From positions 9,533 to 73,532 of the IMG/VR virus record IMGVR_UViG_3300031787_000075: 64,000 nt of DNA. One strand, given 5' to 3'. This DNA is from a virus. Position numbers and translations under genes: made by a program. Of the stretch, positions 1 to 9,118 are shown one piece after another. How positions within the stretch are numbered: position 1 is the stretch's first letter; each line of letters begins with the position of its first letter. Under the pieces are notes generated by a model. That model was not told where the DNA came from. It saw nothing but the letters and a program-made list of their open reading frames with translations, and searched no databases.

Positions 1-374
1 AATCCACCCCTAACTATATCGTCAACAGGGCTTCCGCACCTAGTTGCTCTATTTAGTATTATATCCTCGTTTACGGATAGTATGTATAGGAACCCTCCAA
101 TGTTAATGCCTATTTTTATGTACTTAAGGCAGTCTTTTGGCATTTCGATTATGCCGGAATCTCCTACCTTGGTGTAAAACACTTCCACATTTGCGGCATG
201 GTAAAGTCTAATTTCTTCACTAACGCACTCTATGGCTATTTGCATTAACCTTTTGTACTCATTCGTGCTGTAATTGCCAACCCTATTTAGGGTGCTCATT
301 ACAACCTGCCTTAATGTTTTTCCTGCAGCTACATTAGCCGGTCTTATTACCTGATTGTTTTGTTCCCAATTCAT
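1..374 (-). CDS. Virion ring/tail-tubular-like protein (runs off the window edge)
   Basis: Not in the ORF track. ATG at 372-374 opens MNWEQNNQVIRPANVAAGKTLRQVVMSTLNRVGNYST...IIEMPKDCLKYIKIG, open to position 1. The 'MPxD' motif and position after other ring-like genes suggest a structural role. Confidence 0.5.
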   Translation of the reverse strand, partial: MNWEQNNQVIRPANVAAGKTLRQVVMSTLNRVGNYSTNEYKRLMQIAIECVSEEIRLYHAANVEVFYTKVGDSGIIEMPKDCLKYIKIGINIGGFLYILSVNEDIILNRATRCGSPVDDIVRGG

Positions 375-982
375 TATGGCATCTCCTTATTTTCGTTTAA
401 ATCATCGTTTGGCTTTTGATTTTGCCAGTATTGCATGGCAGATATGTAAAGCGCCTGTGTCGGAACCTTTATTTCGTCTTCCGGGCTTAATTGAGAAAAG
501 TTAGGTATAATCTTGGCCAAAACTTTTGTTGGATGAAGATTGGATGGAAATTTTTGGTCAAAATATATTCTGTCTATTTCCACCATAACTCCTATCGTAT
601 TGTCAATAGTGTTAACATCTAACTCGTTCCATATAGGTTCACTTACGGCATCTATGATAGCAAATAAATAAGATTGGTTTTTAGGCAATGTAAATTGTCT
701 TGCAAACCTTTCATCATCAACATGAAGGTCTATGTAATATTGCGCCCTGTCTTCATCATATAAAACGTCTTTCACATACGTTTTTATCATCGAATCTGAA
801 CCAGGCAGAATGTACTCTCCAAACTTATCTGCACCCTGTACTATTTGCTGTAAAATAGCATCATAACCTAGTTCAATACTTTTTTCAACCACTCTTGGGT
901 GATATCTATTATTTGAAGCGATAGTTGAATTACCACCTGTTAACTTGTTCCTAATCAGCGATATTAATTCGTTCTTTTTCAT
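374..982 (-). CDS. Putative virion ring/connector protein
   Basis: 202 aa, tightly packed in the structural operon; N-terminal helices resemble crAss-like ring proteins (inference). Confidence 0.45.
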   Translation of the reverse strand: MKKNELISLIRNKLTGGNSTIASNNRYHPRVVEKSIELGYDAILQQIVQGADKFGEYILPGSDSMIKTYVKDVLYDEDRAQYYIDLHVDDERFARQFTLPKNQSYLFAIIDAVSEPIWNELDVNTIDNTIGVMVEIDRIYFDQKFPSNLHPTKVLAKIIPNFSQLSPEDEIKVPTQALYISAMQYWQNQKPNDDLNENKEMP

Positions 983-984
983 GA

Positions 985-1716
985 TTACCAGCCTTGTATT
1001 TTACGGTTTTGAGCGTCTTGAATATTTACCCCTGATTTAATGTTAACGGCCATCCAATTGTAAAGTATTACGGCAAATTCATTATACATCTGTTCCGGCC
1101 AATCGGGTTGAGTTGAACCAATTTCATTATAAACAATGTTATAGTTGTCGTCAATTGTGTAACCCAATACAGAAGGATTTGGCTTTCTTAAATATGTAAA
1201 ATCTACTGAACCTAGTTTTCTTGGCCTAAACTCTATGTACCCTGAATTGAATCTGCAGATAGGGTATTCCATGTCAGGCTTCATTAAAACATCTGCAATC
1301 CTAGTATCCCAATCGCCATCTTTTACAACCTCTACTGGAACCCTTATTTCGTCTTGCTCTTCATCGCCACAAACATAGCTGTAATCTACAAAGGCAATTG
1401 AGGAGTAGTGTAAATAATTTTCAGGAATATCGGCATATCCATCCTTGTCAATTGGTAATTGTGCTTCATTTCTGCCACCCATGTAAACTTTCAGGTGCGA
1501 CAAAGCATCTGTTATTTCTTGGGTTATTTCCCATCCTTGAGCTGGAATTGGCATGCCGGGCCTATACTGCTCCGGAAGGCCGTACTTAAGTTTCATCAAC
1601 TCATAATCGGCAAAACCACAAGCCAAGTTAAACTCTTCTGGAGTAAAAACTCTTCCTGATTGATCCTTATTCAATCTGAAATTGACAAACTGATATATAT
1701 CCCAAATAGTTTTCAT
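985..1716 (-). CDS. Tail tubular/ring protein (crAss-like, P22 gp4-like)
   Basis: Motifs 'LNKDQSG..FTPEEFN', 'IPENYLH' and 'TYLRKP' are typical of crAss-like ring proteins. Confidence 0.65.
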   Translation of the reverse strand: MKTIWDIYQFVNFRLNKDQSGRVFTPEEFNLACGFADYELMKLKYGLPEQYRPGMPIPAQGWEITQEITDALSHLKVYMGGRNEAQLPIDKDGYADIPENYLHYSSIAFVDYSYVCGDEEQDEIRVPVEVVKDGDWDTRIADVLMKPDMEYPICRFNSGYIEFRPRKLGSVDFTYLRKPNPSVLGYTIDDNYNIVYNEIGSTQPDWPEQMYNEFAVILYNWMAVNIKSGVNIQDAQNRKIQGW

Positions 1717-2897
1717 TATGCGCTATACAAAGGGGTTATTAATTCGGGCTCACCATCTGCTCCTGCTCCTGAACAACCGCAATCGCAATTGGCTCCGGAG
1801 GTATTCATAAATTCTTTTAATGCAGATAATATGTTACTTGCTGCGACTGTGTCTTGACATTCTACGGCAAGTTCATACCTCATTCTGTATATGCTAATAT
1901 TGAATAACTGATTAGCAAGAGAAGCCATGTCTTTTGAACCAACCCTTAATGCTTGAAGATATTTCTCATGAATACTATCAATACACTCCCTTAAACAGCA
2001 CCATGAGGTATCGCATTGAATGTTTGGATACTTAAACCCTTCTACTGCCCCTTCTACTACAAGACCATCTTCTTGGGTGTATAAAACATTTGCTGAAACA
2101 GATATAGTGTAGCCTCCTGTGTAAATATTTGGTCCAACAATTAATGAATATTGGTCTGTTTCAACTGGAGATGCTACGGCAGAACCGGCTTTATTTCTTG
2201 GATATTGCAGCTTTATTAGGTGGTCTGAAACATTGTACCCTGCAGGCCAAATAGTTTTGTCAGAAACGCTTATTTGTGCTCTTAGGCAATCTCCAAACAC
2301 TTCTATACAAACATCAGGCAATGTATTGCAAAAGTTGAAAGTATATTCTTTTGAATAGTATGTAACAATTCTAAAAGAATCTGCATCGGCATAAGTTGAT
2401 AATGCTTGAACCTGAACAGATATTGAACCAGCTCCAAAACTAAAATTTCCTGCAATGTTTCTAATTCCAAGCAAATTTGCTCCGGAATCATAAATGGCAA
2501 TTGCTACTTGGTTCGAATTAGTTATCAACGCATTTAATTGTGATGAAACATCTGAACTAGCAAAACTAACATTAACAGAACTTGTCATACTTCCGGATGC
2601 TCCTGCAGTAACTACTTCATCAAATACTCTTATACTGTACTTGAAATTATATATGCTTTCAGGCAGCTTGCTTCCCGGACCTGAAATCGTATCTACCAAA
2701 CTTGTTCCTGGGCTAATGTCTGGAGCATCATAGTTTGTTGTGGAATGAAAAACCGAATTGGCTCTTTTTGCGGTTATAATACCTGCTACTTTTGAAGGAG
2801 TAATGCTCTCTGCAGCATAGTCTGTATTGTCGGTAAACTGAACCTGTAAGGTATCTAATAAAAATTTTACCGCTAAATTTATGTCTTGGTTTTGCAT
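1716..2897 (-). CDS. Putative virion structural protein with Cys-rich C-terminus
   Basis: Beta-rich, Ser/Thr/Gly-rich body with CDTSWCCLREC and NCDCGC motifs. Start moved to ATG 2897, downstream of the promoter at 2919. Confidence 0.5.
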   Translation of the reverse strand: MQNQDINLAVKFLLDTLQVQFTDNTDYAAESITPSKVAGIITAKRANSVFHSTTNYDAPDISPGTSLVDTISGPGSKLPESIYNFKYSIRVFDEVVTAGASGSMTSSVNVSFASSDVSSQLNALITNSNQVAIAIYDSGANLLGIRNIAGNFSFGAGSISVQVQALSTYADADSFRIVTYYSKEYTFNFCNTLPDVCIEVFGDCLRAQISVSDKTIWPAGYNVSDHLIKLQYPRNKAGSAVASPVETDQYSLIVGPNIYTGGYTISVSANVLYTQEDGLVVEGAVEGFKYPNIQCDTSWCCLRECIDSIHEKYLQALRVGSKDMASLANQLFNISIYRMRYELAVECQDTVAASNILSALKEFMNTSGANCDCGCSGAGADGEPELITPLYSA

Positions 2898-2918
2898 TTT
2901 AATTTGCTTTTGTTTCAA

Positions 2919-2926
2919 CAAATTTA
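2919..2926 (-). promoter_or_regulatory. Bacteroidota -7 promoter element (TAAATTTG)
   Basis: Matches TAnnTTTG, about 20 nt upstream of ATG 2897. Confidence 0.65.
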
Positions 2927-2940
2927 ATGTTTTTTAAAAC

Positions 2941-2970
2941 AAAAAAGCACCCCCTATTGGAGATGCTTTA
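2941..2970 (-). terminator. Intrinsic terminator
   Basis: AAAGCA..TGCTTT hairpin with a U-tract on the minus strand, downstream of 3006..3920. Confidence 0.6.
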
Positions 2971-3005
2971 TTGTATAATCACATGGCAAATTAAAACACT
3001 AAGTT

Positions 3006-3920
3006 TTAAGGCTTTTTCTTGGTAGTAGTTTTAGGCTCTTCTGTTTCATCAGAAGAGTTGTAAGATTTAAACTGCTCCCACTTATTTTTATCTGTTTTTA
3101 ATACATAGATAAGCGAATCCATTGGGCTTTTTCCAACAATGACATCGCAAATCTTTGAAGATATTTCGTACTTGCTTTGGTCTTTATTAAAGCTTAAGAA
3201 ATACCAGGCATCGCTGAAATTAATTAAATTCAAATCAGTCAACTCTTGAATCTTGGCTCTAATGTCCATTTCCATTTCGGATTGAGTAATCTCCATAAAA
3301 GCATTTAATCCATGACTCTTTTTAACCAATGAAACTAATGTTGCTTGTACTTGCGAAATGCCAATCAAATTTTTGTCTAATGCGTTTGGAATAGACATTG
3401 CTGCGGCAACCTTTCTAACCTTGTTTTCGGTCCATTCACCTGTAATAAACCAAATAGCTGCTGCTTCTTTCTTTTCTCTATCTACAAATTCAGCGCTTTC
3501 AGCCTCAATGTTTTCTAACATAAACATTGTTCTTGTGTTTGGAGTGGCATGAATACTTCCTTTTAAAATAGGGCAGCAATTCAATAAGAAAAACAAAAAA
3601 TCCATTCTGTTTGAACCTACTGTCATTTCGACTTCAAAGCTAATCATGGAATCTGAACTTGTTAAAGTTCCGTTTTTATCCTTCTTAAATGTTCTTCCAT
3701 AAACCCATGTGACAAATTCGTCTTCATGAGTAACAACACTTTTTGTTACAATATTTACTCCTGGAGGCCTAATAATCCTACCCTTGTTTACTGGGTCTGG
3801 ACGAAATAGTTCTGGAACCATTTTGAATTTTACTGGAAATTTATTTCCAACTTTTTTCCTTATCGCGCTTTTGTCAGCATCAGTTAAGGTGTAAGGAACA
3901 CCGTTTTTTAATAGTGGCAT
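3006..3920 (-). CDS. Hypothetical protein downstream of the MCP
   Basis: About 304 aa from MPLLKNG; has its own promoter at 4001. Position matches the conserved gene after the MCP in crAss-like phages. Confidence 0.55.
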   Translation of the reverse strand: MPLLKNGVPYTLTDADKSAIRKKVGNKFPVKFKMVPELFRPDPVNKGRIIRPPGVNIVTKSVVTHEDEFVTWVYGRTFKKDKNGTLTSSDSMISFEVEMTVGSNRMDFLFFLLNCCPILKGSIHATPNTRTMFMLENIEAESAEFVDREKKEAAAIWFITGEWTENKVRKVAAAMSIPNALDKNLIGISQVQATLVSLVKKSHGLNAFMEITQSEMEMDIRAKIQELTDLNLINFSDAWYFLSFNKDQSKYEISSKICDVIVGKSPMDSLIYVLKTDKNKWEQFKSYNSSDETEEPKTTTKKKP

Positions 3921-4000
3921 ATTTTTATTTAAAGGTTTGATTCGAACAAACAAGCCGGACACTTTTTAGTGTGACTTATCCAACAACTTTGTTGCCGCAA

Positions 4001-4008
4001 CAAATGTA
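4001..4008 (-). promoter_or_regulatory. Bacteroidota -7 promoter element (TACATTTG)
   Basis: TAnnTTTG match just after the MCP terminator. Confidence 0.6.
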
Positions 4009-4021
4009 ATTATAATTTTAT

Positions 4022-4051
4022 AAAAACAAAATGGCCAGGTTTCCCCGGCCA
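4022..4051 (-). terminator. Intrinsic terminator after the MCP
   Basis: Minus strand reads TGGCCGGGGAAACCTGGCCA followed by TTTTGTTTTT. Confidence 0.75.
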
Positions 4052-4084
4052 AATTGAAAAATAAACGATATATGAAGATACAAC

Positions 4085-5671
4085 CTATTGAGGCCTTACA
4101 TTGATAAAACGGTTTGAACCGAAAAACTCTGCGAAAAACTCACACATCATGTTTACATTACGAACGTCATTTTCGTCTGTTGAGTAAGGTCTTGCATTTG
4201 CGCCGGTTTCCCAAACCTTCATTCTACGGCTATAACCACCAAGGCCGCGATAAACAATACCCATTGTAGGTATGCTATTTTTGGTTTTAGGGTCTTTACG
4301 TTTTGCTAATGGAATAACAAATCCTCTTTGATTATAGTCATAGGTATCTGCACCATATAGTTTTGGATGATAGAAAGCATCTACGTTTTTAATACAGAAA
4401 GTAAAGCCATCAACGGTAACGTATTTGAATCCAATGGCCATTTCTGTTTGTCTGCCATCATCATCCATGTTTCCAAATAAATGGGCTTGCGCTCTTTCGA
4501 TAAACACCGCTGCGGTATCTTTGTTGGTTTCGAACAAGCTTTGATCTAATTCTTGTCCTAAGTCAAGACCTACGAAAAATGCAGCATATCTATCTGTATA
4601 TTTCTTCTTCATTAATTTAGAGAAGTTATAGAAATCTTGCATTTCCCATGCTCCTGGTGTGTATGGATAAAACTCTGAATTAAGGTTCATTTCAGGAATT
4701 AAACCTCTAGTACCTTCTCCAACTAAGGATGCGTTAGCGTTGTTACCATCAACGGCTAATGTACTTGTAGCTACCTTACCTGATAAGAAAGCGCCTTGGA
4801 TTTTTAATTGTTGCTCATACTCTAGGTCTAAGAAACCTTTATTTGCCCAAGTTCCTACGTGCTCACCATCTACTGATTGAATCCATGACTCGGTGGCAAG
4901 TTCACGTCCAGAAGCTTTACGCTTTGATTTAATGGTTTGTGAAGAGTTTTGCCATTTGTAAACACCTTGTAAGATAGAACTTGGCTGTCCACTACCCTCC
5001 GAAGCATAAGAAGTAATAATCGCTAACTTAGTGTTTGCAGCTACGGCAGGAATTGTATCTGTCGCATCTACTGGGGCAACCGTTAAAATCGGAGCGCTAG
5101 GAGTAGTTACGTTGATAGCTGTGATAACACCTAAAATATCATTAGGGAATAATACCGCATGACCGATTTGAGGAAAATACTTGTTGTCAGAAGTTACAGA
5201 CTCCGGTGCTAATGTAAATCTACAAGCCGTATTCACAGTAGGAGTATATGCGCCTCCACCTGTTGCTGTTTGGCTTAAAGAAGTAAACGTGTTCCAGATC
5301 CATTCTTCTTCGTAATGTTCCAAAATATCAACCCCATCTGTCCTTACAAAACCTAATGCGTGAATGGTGTCGAAAAATTCTTTACCCTGCGTACCGAACC
5401 TACGATACAATTGAGGTAAAACTTTTCTAGCGTTAAGGTCTAACGTGGTTATGTAGTTGTTGAAATAGTCGGCAGTAATGGCCGGGGCAGTAGGGTTTGA
5501 ACCTAAAGCATTTACAGGTAAAGCACCTGAAATAGAGAAAAAGCCTAATACAACAAATGTGGTTAAGGCTGTGGCACCTAAATCGGTTTCATAACTAGCC
5601 GAAATTGGAGCGGCAAAGACAAAGCTTGCCATAATTAGCGCAATGAGCGCGAATAAGATATTTTTTTTCAT
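4085..5671 (-). CDS. Major capsid protein (crAss-like HK97 fold) with hydrophobic N-terminal leader
   Basis: Order TerL-portal-scaffold-MCP; motifs 'GEGTRGLIPEM', 'IGFKYVTVDGFTF' and C-terminal 'MMCEFFAEFFGSNRF'. Start moved to ATG 5671, directly after the upstream stop codon. Confidence 0.8.
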   Translation of the reverse strand: MKKNILFALIALIMASFVFAAPISASYETDLGATALTTFVVLGFFSISGALPVNALGSNPTAPAITADYFNNYITTLDLNARKVLPQLYRRFGTQGKEFFDTIHALGFVRTDGVDILEHYEEEWIWNTFTSLSQTATGGGAYTPTVNTACRFTLAPESVTSDNKYFPQIGHAVLFPNDILGVITAINVTTPSAPILTVAPVDATDTIPAVAANTKLAIITSYASEGSGQPSSILQGVYKWQNSSQTIKSKRKASGRELATESWIQSVDGEHVGTWANKGFLDLEYEQQLKIQGAFLSGKVATSTLAVDGNNANASLVGEGTRGLIPEMNLNSEFYPYTPGAWEMQDFYNFSKLMKKKYTDRYAAFFVGLDLGQELDQSLFETNKDTAAVFIERAQAHLFGNMDDDGRQTEMAIGFKYVTVDGFTFCIKNVDAFYHPKLYGADTYDYNQRGFVIPLAKRKDPKTKNSIPTMGIVYRGLGGYSRRMKVWETGANARPYSTDENDVRNVNMMCEFFAEFFGSNRFINVRPQ

Positions 5672-5672
5672 T

Positions 5673-6734
5673 TTAATCTTCGAATAATTGTGATTCAAAA
5701 CTCTTAGCGGATTTGCCTCGCGGCTGTTCTCCAGAATTTCTGCTTTTAAAAGCGCTTGGATTATCAAGTTCAATCTCAAATTGTTCAACTATCTCTTGCT
5801 CGCGTTGTTTAATTGCGGCATGGATAATTGTTTTGAAATTCTCGGTAATAGCGTTGTTAATTACAGCGGCTCTAATGTTAGGAAGAGTTTGTTCCGTAAC
5901 ATCTATACCTTGTTTTGCGATTATCCTTGACATATTTTCTGCCGACTTAGCAATAAACTCTTCCGGAATGGCAAAATCCATGACTTTAACCACTTTTCCA
6001 TCTTTGTCTGCTGCTTCAATCGGAATAGCTTTAATGTCGGCAATCGCCTTCATTATTTGAGGCTTTGTTGACTCGTATCTTTGGTTAACAGCGGTTTCAA
6101 TCGACTCTTTTGATACCGGAGAGAATTTAAGGTCTTGGTACTGCTTTAGCATCTCGCGAAGCGGTTTAACCCTTTCCTTCAACTCAATCATTTTGACATC
6201 AATTTCGTCTTGACTAAGCGTTCCATTGTCTTCTAGCCCATGCTGTCTTTCGATTTCTTTCCGTAAAATAGACTCCTTACCTATCAGTTCAGGATTTTTA
6301 AGAACTCTGTCGGCCACCATTATCTCAATTGGGTCGGCAGTTTCCGCTTGTAAACCCTTTACATAATTAAAGGTTTGGAAATCATTAATTCCGGTTTTTT
6401 TAACGAACTCGTTGAAACCTGCTATGGTTTCATTAGCGAATGGGTTAGAATTTAAAGATTTCAAGTCTTCAATTTCTTGTAGTTTGGTTTCGTATTCTCT
6501 GGCTTTTGATACAAAATCAGGGATTTTTGTTTTTAATTCATCCCAATTATCGGCAACATCAAAATTTTCACCAAAAAAATCTTTTGGAGAAGGCAATTGT
6601 GCTTGTTGGGTTTGCGCCTGTTGCGATTGTTGAGATTGCTGCTGCTGTTGTTGGCTAGAACCACCGGGCTCACCACCATCTGCAGGCTTAAATCCTCCTA
6701 ATTCTGAATAAAAATCATCGTTTTCTGTGTTCAT
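5673..6734 (-). CDS. Putative scaffolding protein
   Basis: Acidic, helical, with a poly-Q N-terminus; lies between the portal and the MCP. Confidence 0.6.
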   Translation of the reverse strand: MNTENDDFYSELGGFKPADGGEPGGSSQQQQQQSQQSQQAQTQQAQLPSPKDFFGENFDVADNWDELKTKIPDFVSKAREYETKLQEIEDLKSLNSNPFANETIAGFNEFVKKTGINDFQTFNYVKGLQAETADPIEIMVADRVLKNPELIGKESILRKEIERQHGLEDNGTLSQDEIDVKMIELKERVKPLREMLKQYQDLKFSPVSKESIETAVNQRYESTKPQIMKAIADIKAIPIEAADKDGKVVKVMDFAIPEEFIAKSAENMSRIIAKQGIDVTEQTLPNIRAAVINNAITENFKTIIHAAIKQREQEIVEQFEIELDNPSAFKSRNSGEQPRGKSAKSFESQLFED

Positions 6735-6741
6735 ATATATG

Positions 6742-6749
6742 CAAATTTA
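6742..6749 (-). promoter_or_regulatory. Bacteroidota -7 promoter element (TAAATTTG)
   Basis: TAnnTTTG 7 nt upstream of ATG 6734. Confidence 0.65.
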
Positions 6750-6775
6750 AAGTGTTAGTTTAGATTTATCCAAAT

Positions 6776-9106
6776 TTATTGTTGAGTTTGTGTGGTTTGA
6801 CTAAGTTGAGGTATCAAATAAGTCTTTAAAACCTCGTTTTGTAGTTTTGAGGTTTCGTTTAGATCGTTTGCTTGCATTTGGAACAATCCTTTAATTAGTT
6901 CCTTCATCAATTCATCCTTTCTCTTCTGTGCTTCAAATGCGGCTTTTTCGGCATTTGTTTTTCTAGCTTCTTCTCCAGTTAACCTAATGTTTTCTTCCTG
7001 AATTTTTCTTGCCTCTTCTTTTCTTAGGTTTAATCTGTAATTCAAAAGCATCCTAGCTTGTTTAAGCATGCCTCTAAATACCATTTCGCTAATCATTAGG
7101 TAGTCTGCTGCAGAAATGTTTTCACCATCCTTTCCAGGTTTTAATGCTTCTCCAAGAGTTTGTAGCATTGTTTGGGCATAAGCACCATTTGGAATAACCT
7201 CTATTTTTATTCCATAAGCCCTGTCAGCATACTCTCTGCTTATTTTGAAATTTTCTATTGTGGCAGAACCCAATATCGGGTAGTAAACATCATAACCCTC
7301 TCTGTATTTTACTTGCTGCCTTATTCTTTCAATAGCGTTTTTGGCGCCACTTTCTCTAACTTTTTCCCAGCTTTTAACTACACCCTGAATAACATCGGAT
7401 GCGGAGGCCATGGTTTGATTTATTTCTGTGGCAGTAACCTCTCCTCCTTTTGGAGCAACGGCAGAAAGCCTATCAATTCCAGAAAGTTCAGCTATGAAAT
7501 TAAAGTTTATTTCAAAGGTGGAAACTAATTCGTTAAATAATGGGCCTATACCTCCTTCCAATTTTTCAATTGGCTTGCCTTGATACATATTATACTTTCC
7601 ATTGTGAGTGGTAGCTTTATAGACCATTCTTCCGGATGCTTCGTATATATTGATAAGGTTAATAGGCTTTAAATCTCCATTTCCAAGGTTTATGTTATTT
7701 AGCGCATTAAACTCTATTGCCAAACCATTTGGAGCGGCAGTAGCCATCGCGTTTTGCATTTTCAAATATGCCAATTCTATTTGGTCTAATGGTCCAATAC
7801 ATCTTTCAACCATAGACTTTCCAGGCAATGCGTCAGCATGAATACTTAGCCTAGGAACTCTTTTAGGACCTACTCTTGGAATATCGTTTTGCAGGCCATA
7901 ATCATAGCAGATATCGGAACCAATTATCCATGTGCATTTATAAACATTTGGAATGTTTCTAACAACGGTCTTTTTGTTTGGAGTATCCCAAACCTTGCCC
8001 CAGTCTGATTTGCCATAAATAGTTGTTCCGTATTTTGTTGTTCTTTTGGTTCTGTAATTTATGTCATTGCTTAACATTTCGCATTGTACGGTAGGAACAA
8101 GGTAATTGTCGTAAACATAAGTATTTGTTACAGGGTCGTAAATGTTTGTCATGTCGGCTTGCATTTGGTCCCATATAAATGCAGGATTTCCAAAAAACTC
8201 CTGATATTTTTGGCAATACTTTACCAATTCTTTTTCAGGCAATCCTGTTTTTGCTCTAACATTTGCTATTGTTTCAAATCTTAAGTATCCCCAAAAGCGA
8301 CTCTTCTTAAATCCTACCTCTCTGTTTCCATCTATAATAACTCTAGCAAAGTCTAGGTATTCGTATTTTTCTACTCCATCTACATCGACAAAGTCTAGGT
8401 ATGCTCCACAACCAATGGCAAGCATGTCAAAATAATATCTCCTTCTAACGTCTTCGATATCGCTTATGTAATCAGTATATGACAATGCCTTTTCAAAATC
8501 TACCTCATGCTTTAGTTTAAATCCTCCTGCATTGTTAAATGCTTCTAATTCTTCCATGCTAGAAGGAACGTACTTTGTGCCTGAATCTTTGTTTGGTATT
8601 TTGGCAGCTTTTCTAATGGCCTCTTCTTGCTTTCCAAATTGCAGTTCAAAATACTTATCCCACATTTCATTTTCTCTTTCTACACCTGAAATTGGGTCTA
8701 TGGCAGAAACAGTTATTTTATGGTCTTGTTGCTCTAACCTTCCAATTACTTTTGATAAGTATGCAGGCATAGGCGAGAATATGGACCAATCCACATTGTA
8801 ATACCCTTTTCTATTGGCATTGTTAGATATATTATTTGACTTCAATAAAAAGTCTTTATACTTATCGGTAGGTTGGTTTCCTGTGGCATAAAGTCTTAGC
8901 AATTCAAATCGCATCATTCTATCCACGCTAACATAAGACTGGTTATTTAGCATTTTTGAATACAGGGCTTTTGCCCATGCCATACACCATTCAGGACCTT
9001 TTTTTACTTCCGGGTCAACATCATCAGAAGGAAACGTATATGCCTTTCCTATATACTCTTCATCTTTATAAAGGAAATCGGGTTTAACTGCTTTATTGTT
9101 TGCCAT
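6776..9106 (-). CDS. Portal protein (crAss-like)
   Basis: 776 aa downstream of TerL; motifs 'FPSDDV', 'LRLYATGNQP..KYK', 'NVDWSIFSPMP', 'ITVSAIDP' and 'PKSMVER'-like segment. Confidence 0.85.
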   Translation of the reverse strand: MANNKAVKPDFLYKDEEYIGKAYTFPSDDVDPEVKKGPEWCMAWAKALYSKMLNNQSYVSVDRMMRFELLRLYATGNQPTDKYKDFLLKSNNISNNANRKGYYNVDWSIFSPMPAYLSKVIGRLEQQDHKITVSAIDPISGVERENEMWDKYFELQFGKQEEAIRKAAKIPNKDSGTKYVPSSMEELEAFNNAGGFKLKHEVDFEKALSYTDYISDIEDVRRRYYFDMLAIGCGAYLDFVDVDGVEKYEYLDFARVIIDGNREVGFKKSRFWGYLRFETIANVRAKTGLPEKELVKYCQKYQEFFGNPAFIWDQMQADMTNIYDPVTNTYVYDNYLVPTVQCEMLSNDINYRTKRTTKYGTTIYGKSDWGKVWDTPNKKTVVRNIPNVYKCTWIIGSDICYDYGLQNDIPRVGPKRVPRLSIHADALPGKSMVERCIGPLDQIELAYLKMQNAMATAAPNGLAIEFNALNNINLGNGDLKPINLINIYEASGRMVYKATTHNGKYNMYQGKPIEKLEGGIGPLFNELVSTFEINFNFIAELSGIDRLSAVAPKGGEVTATEINQTMASASDVIQGVVKSWEKVRESGAKNAIERIRQQVKYREGYDVYYPILGSATIENFKISREYADRAYGIKIEVIPNGAYAQTMLQTLGEALKPGKDGENISAADYLMISEMVFRGMLKQARMLLNYRLNLRKEEARKIQEENIRLTGEEARKTNAEKAAFEAQKRKDELMKELIKGLFQMQANDLNETSKLQNEVLKTYLIPQLSQTTQTQQ

Positions 9107-9118
9107 AATGTTTCAAAA

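Noticed and set aside
5672-5788. ORF-track N-terminal extension of the MCP
   Set aside because: It overlaps the scaffold gene by more than 110 nt; ATG 5671 directly follows the scaffold stop codon.
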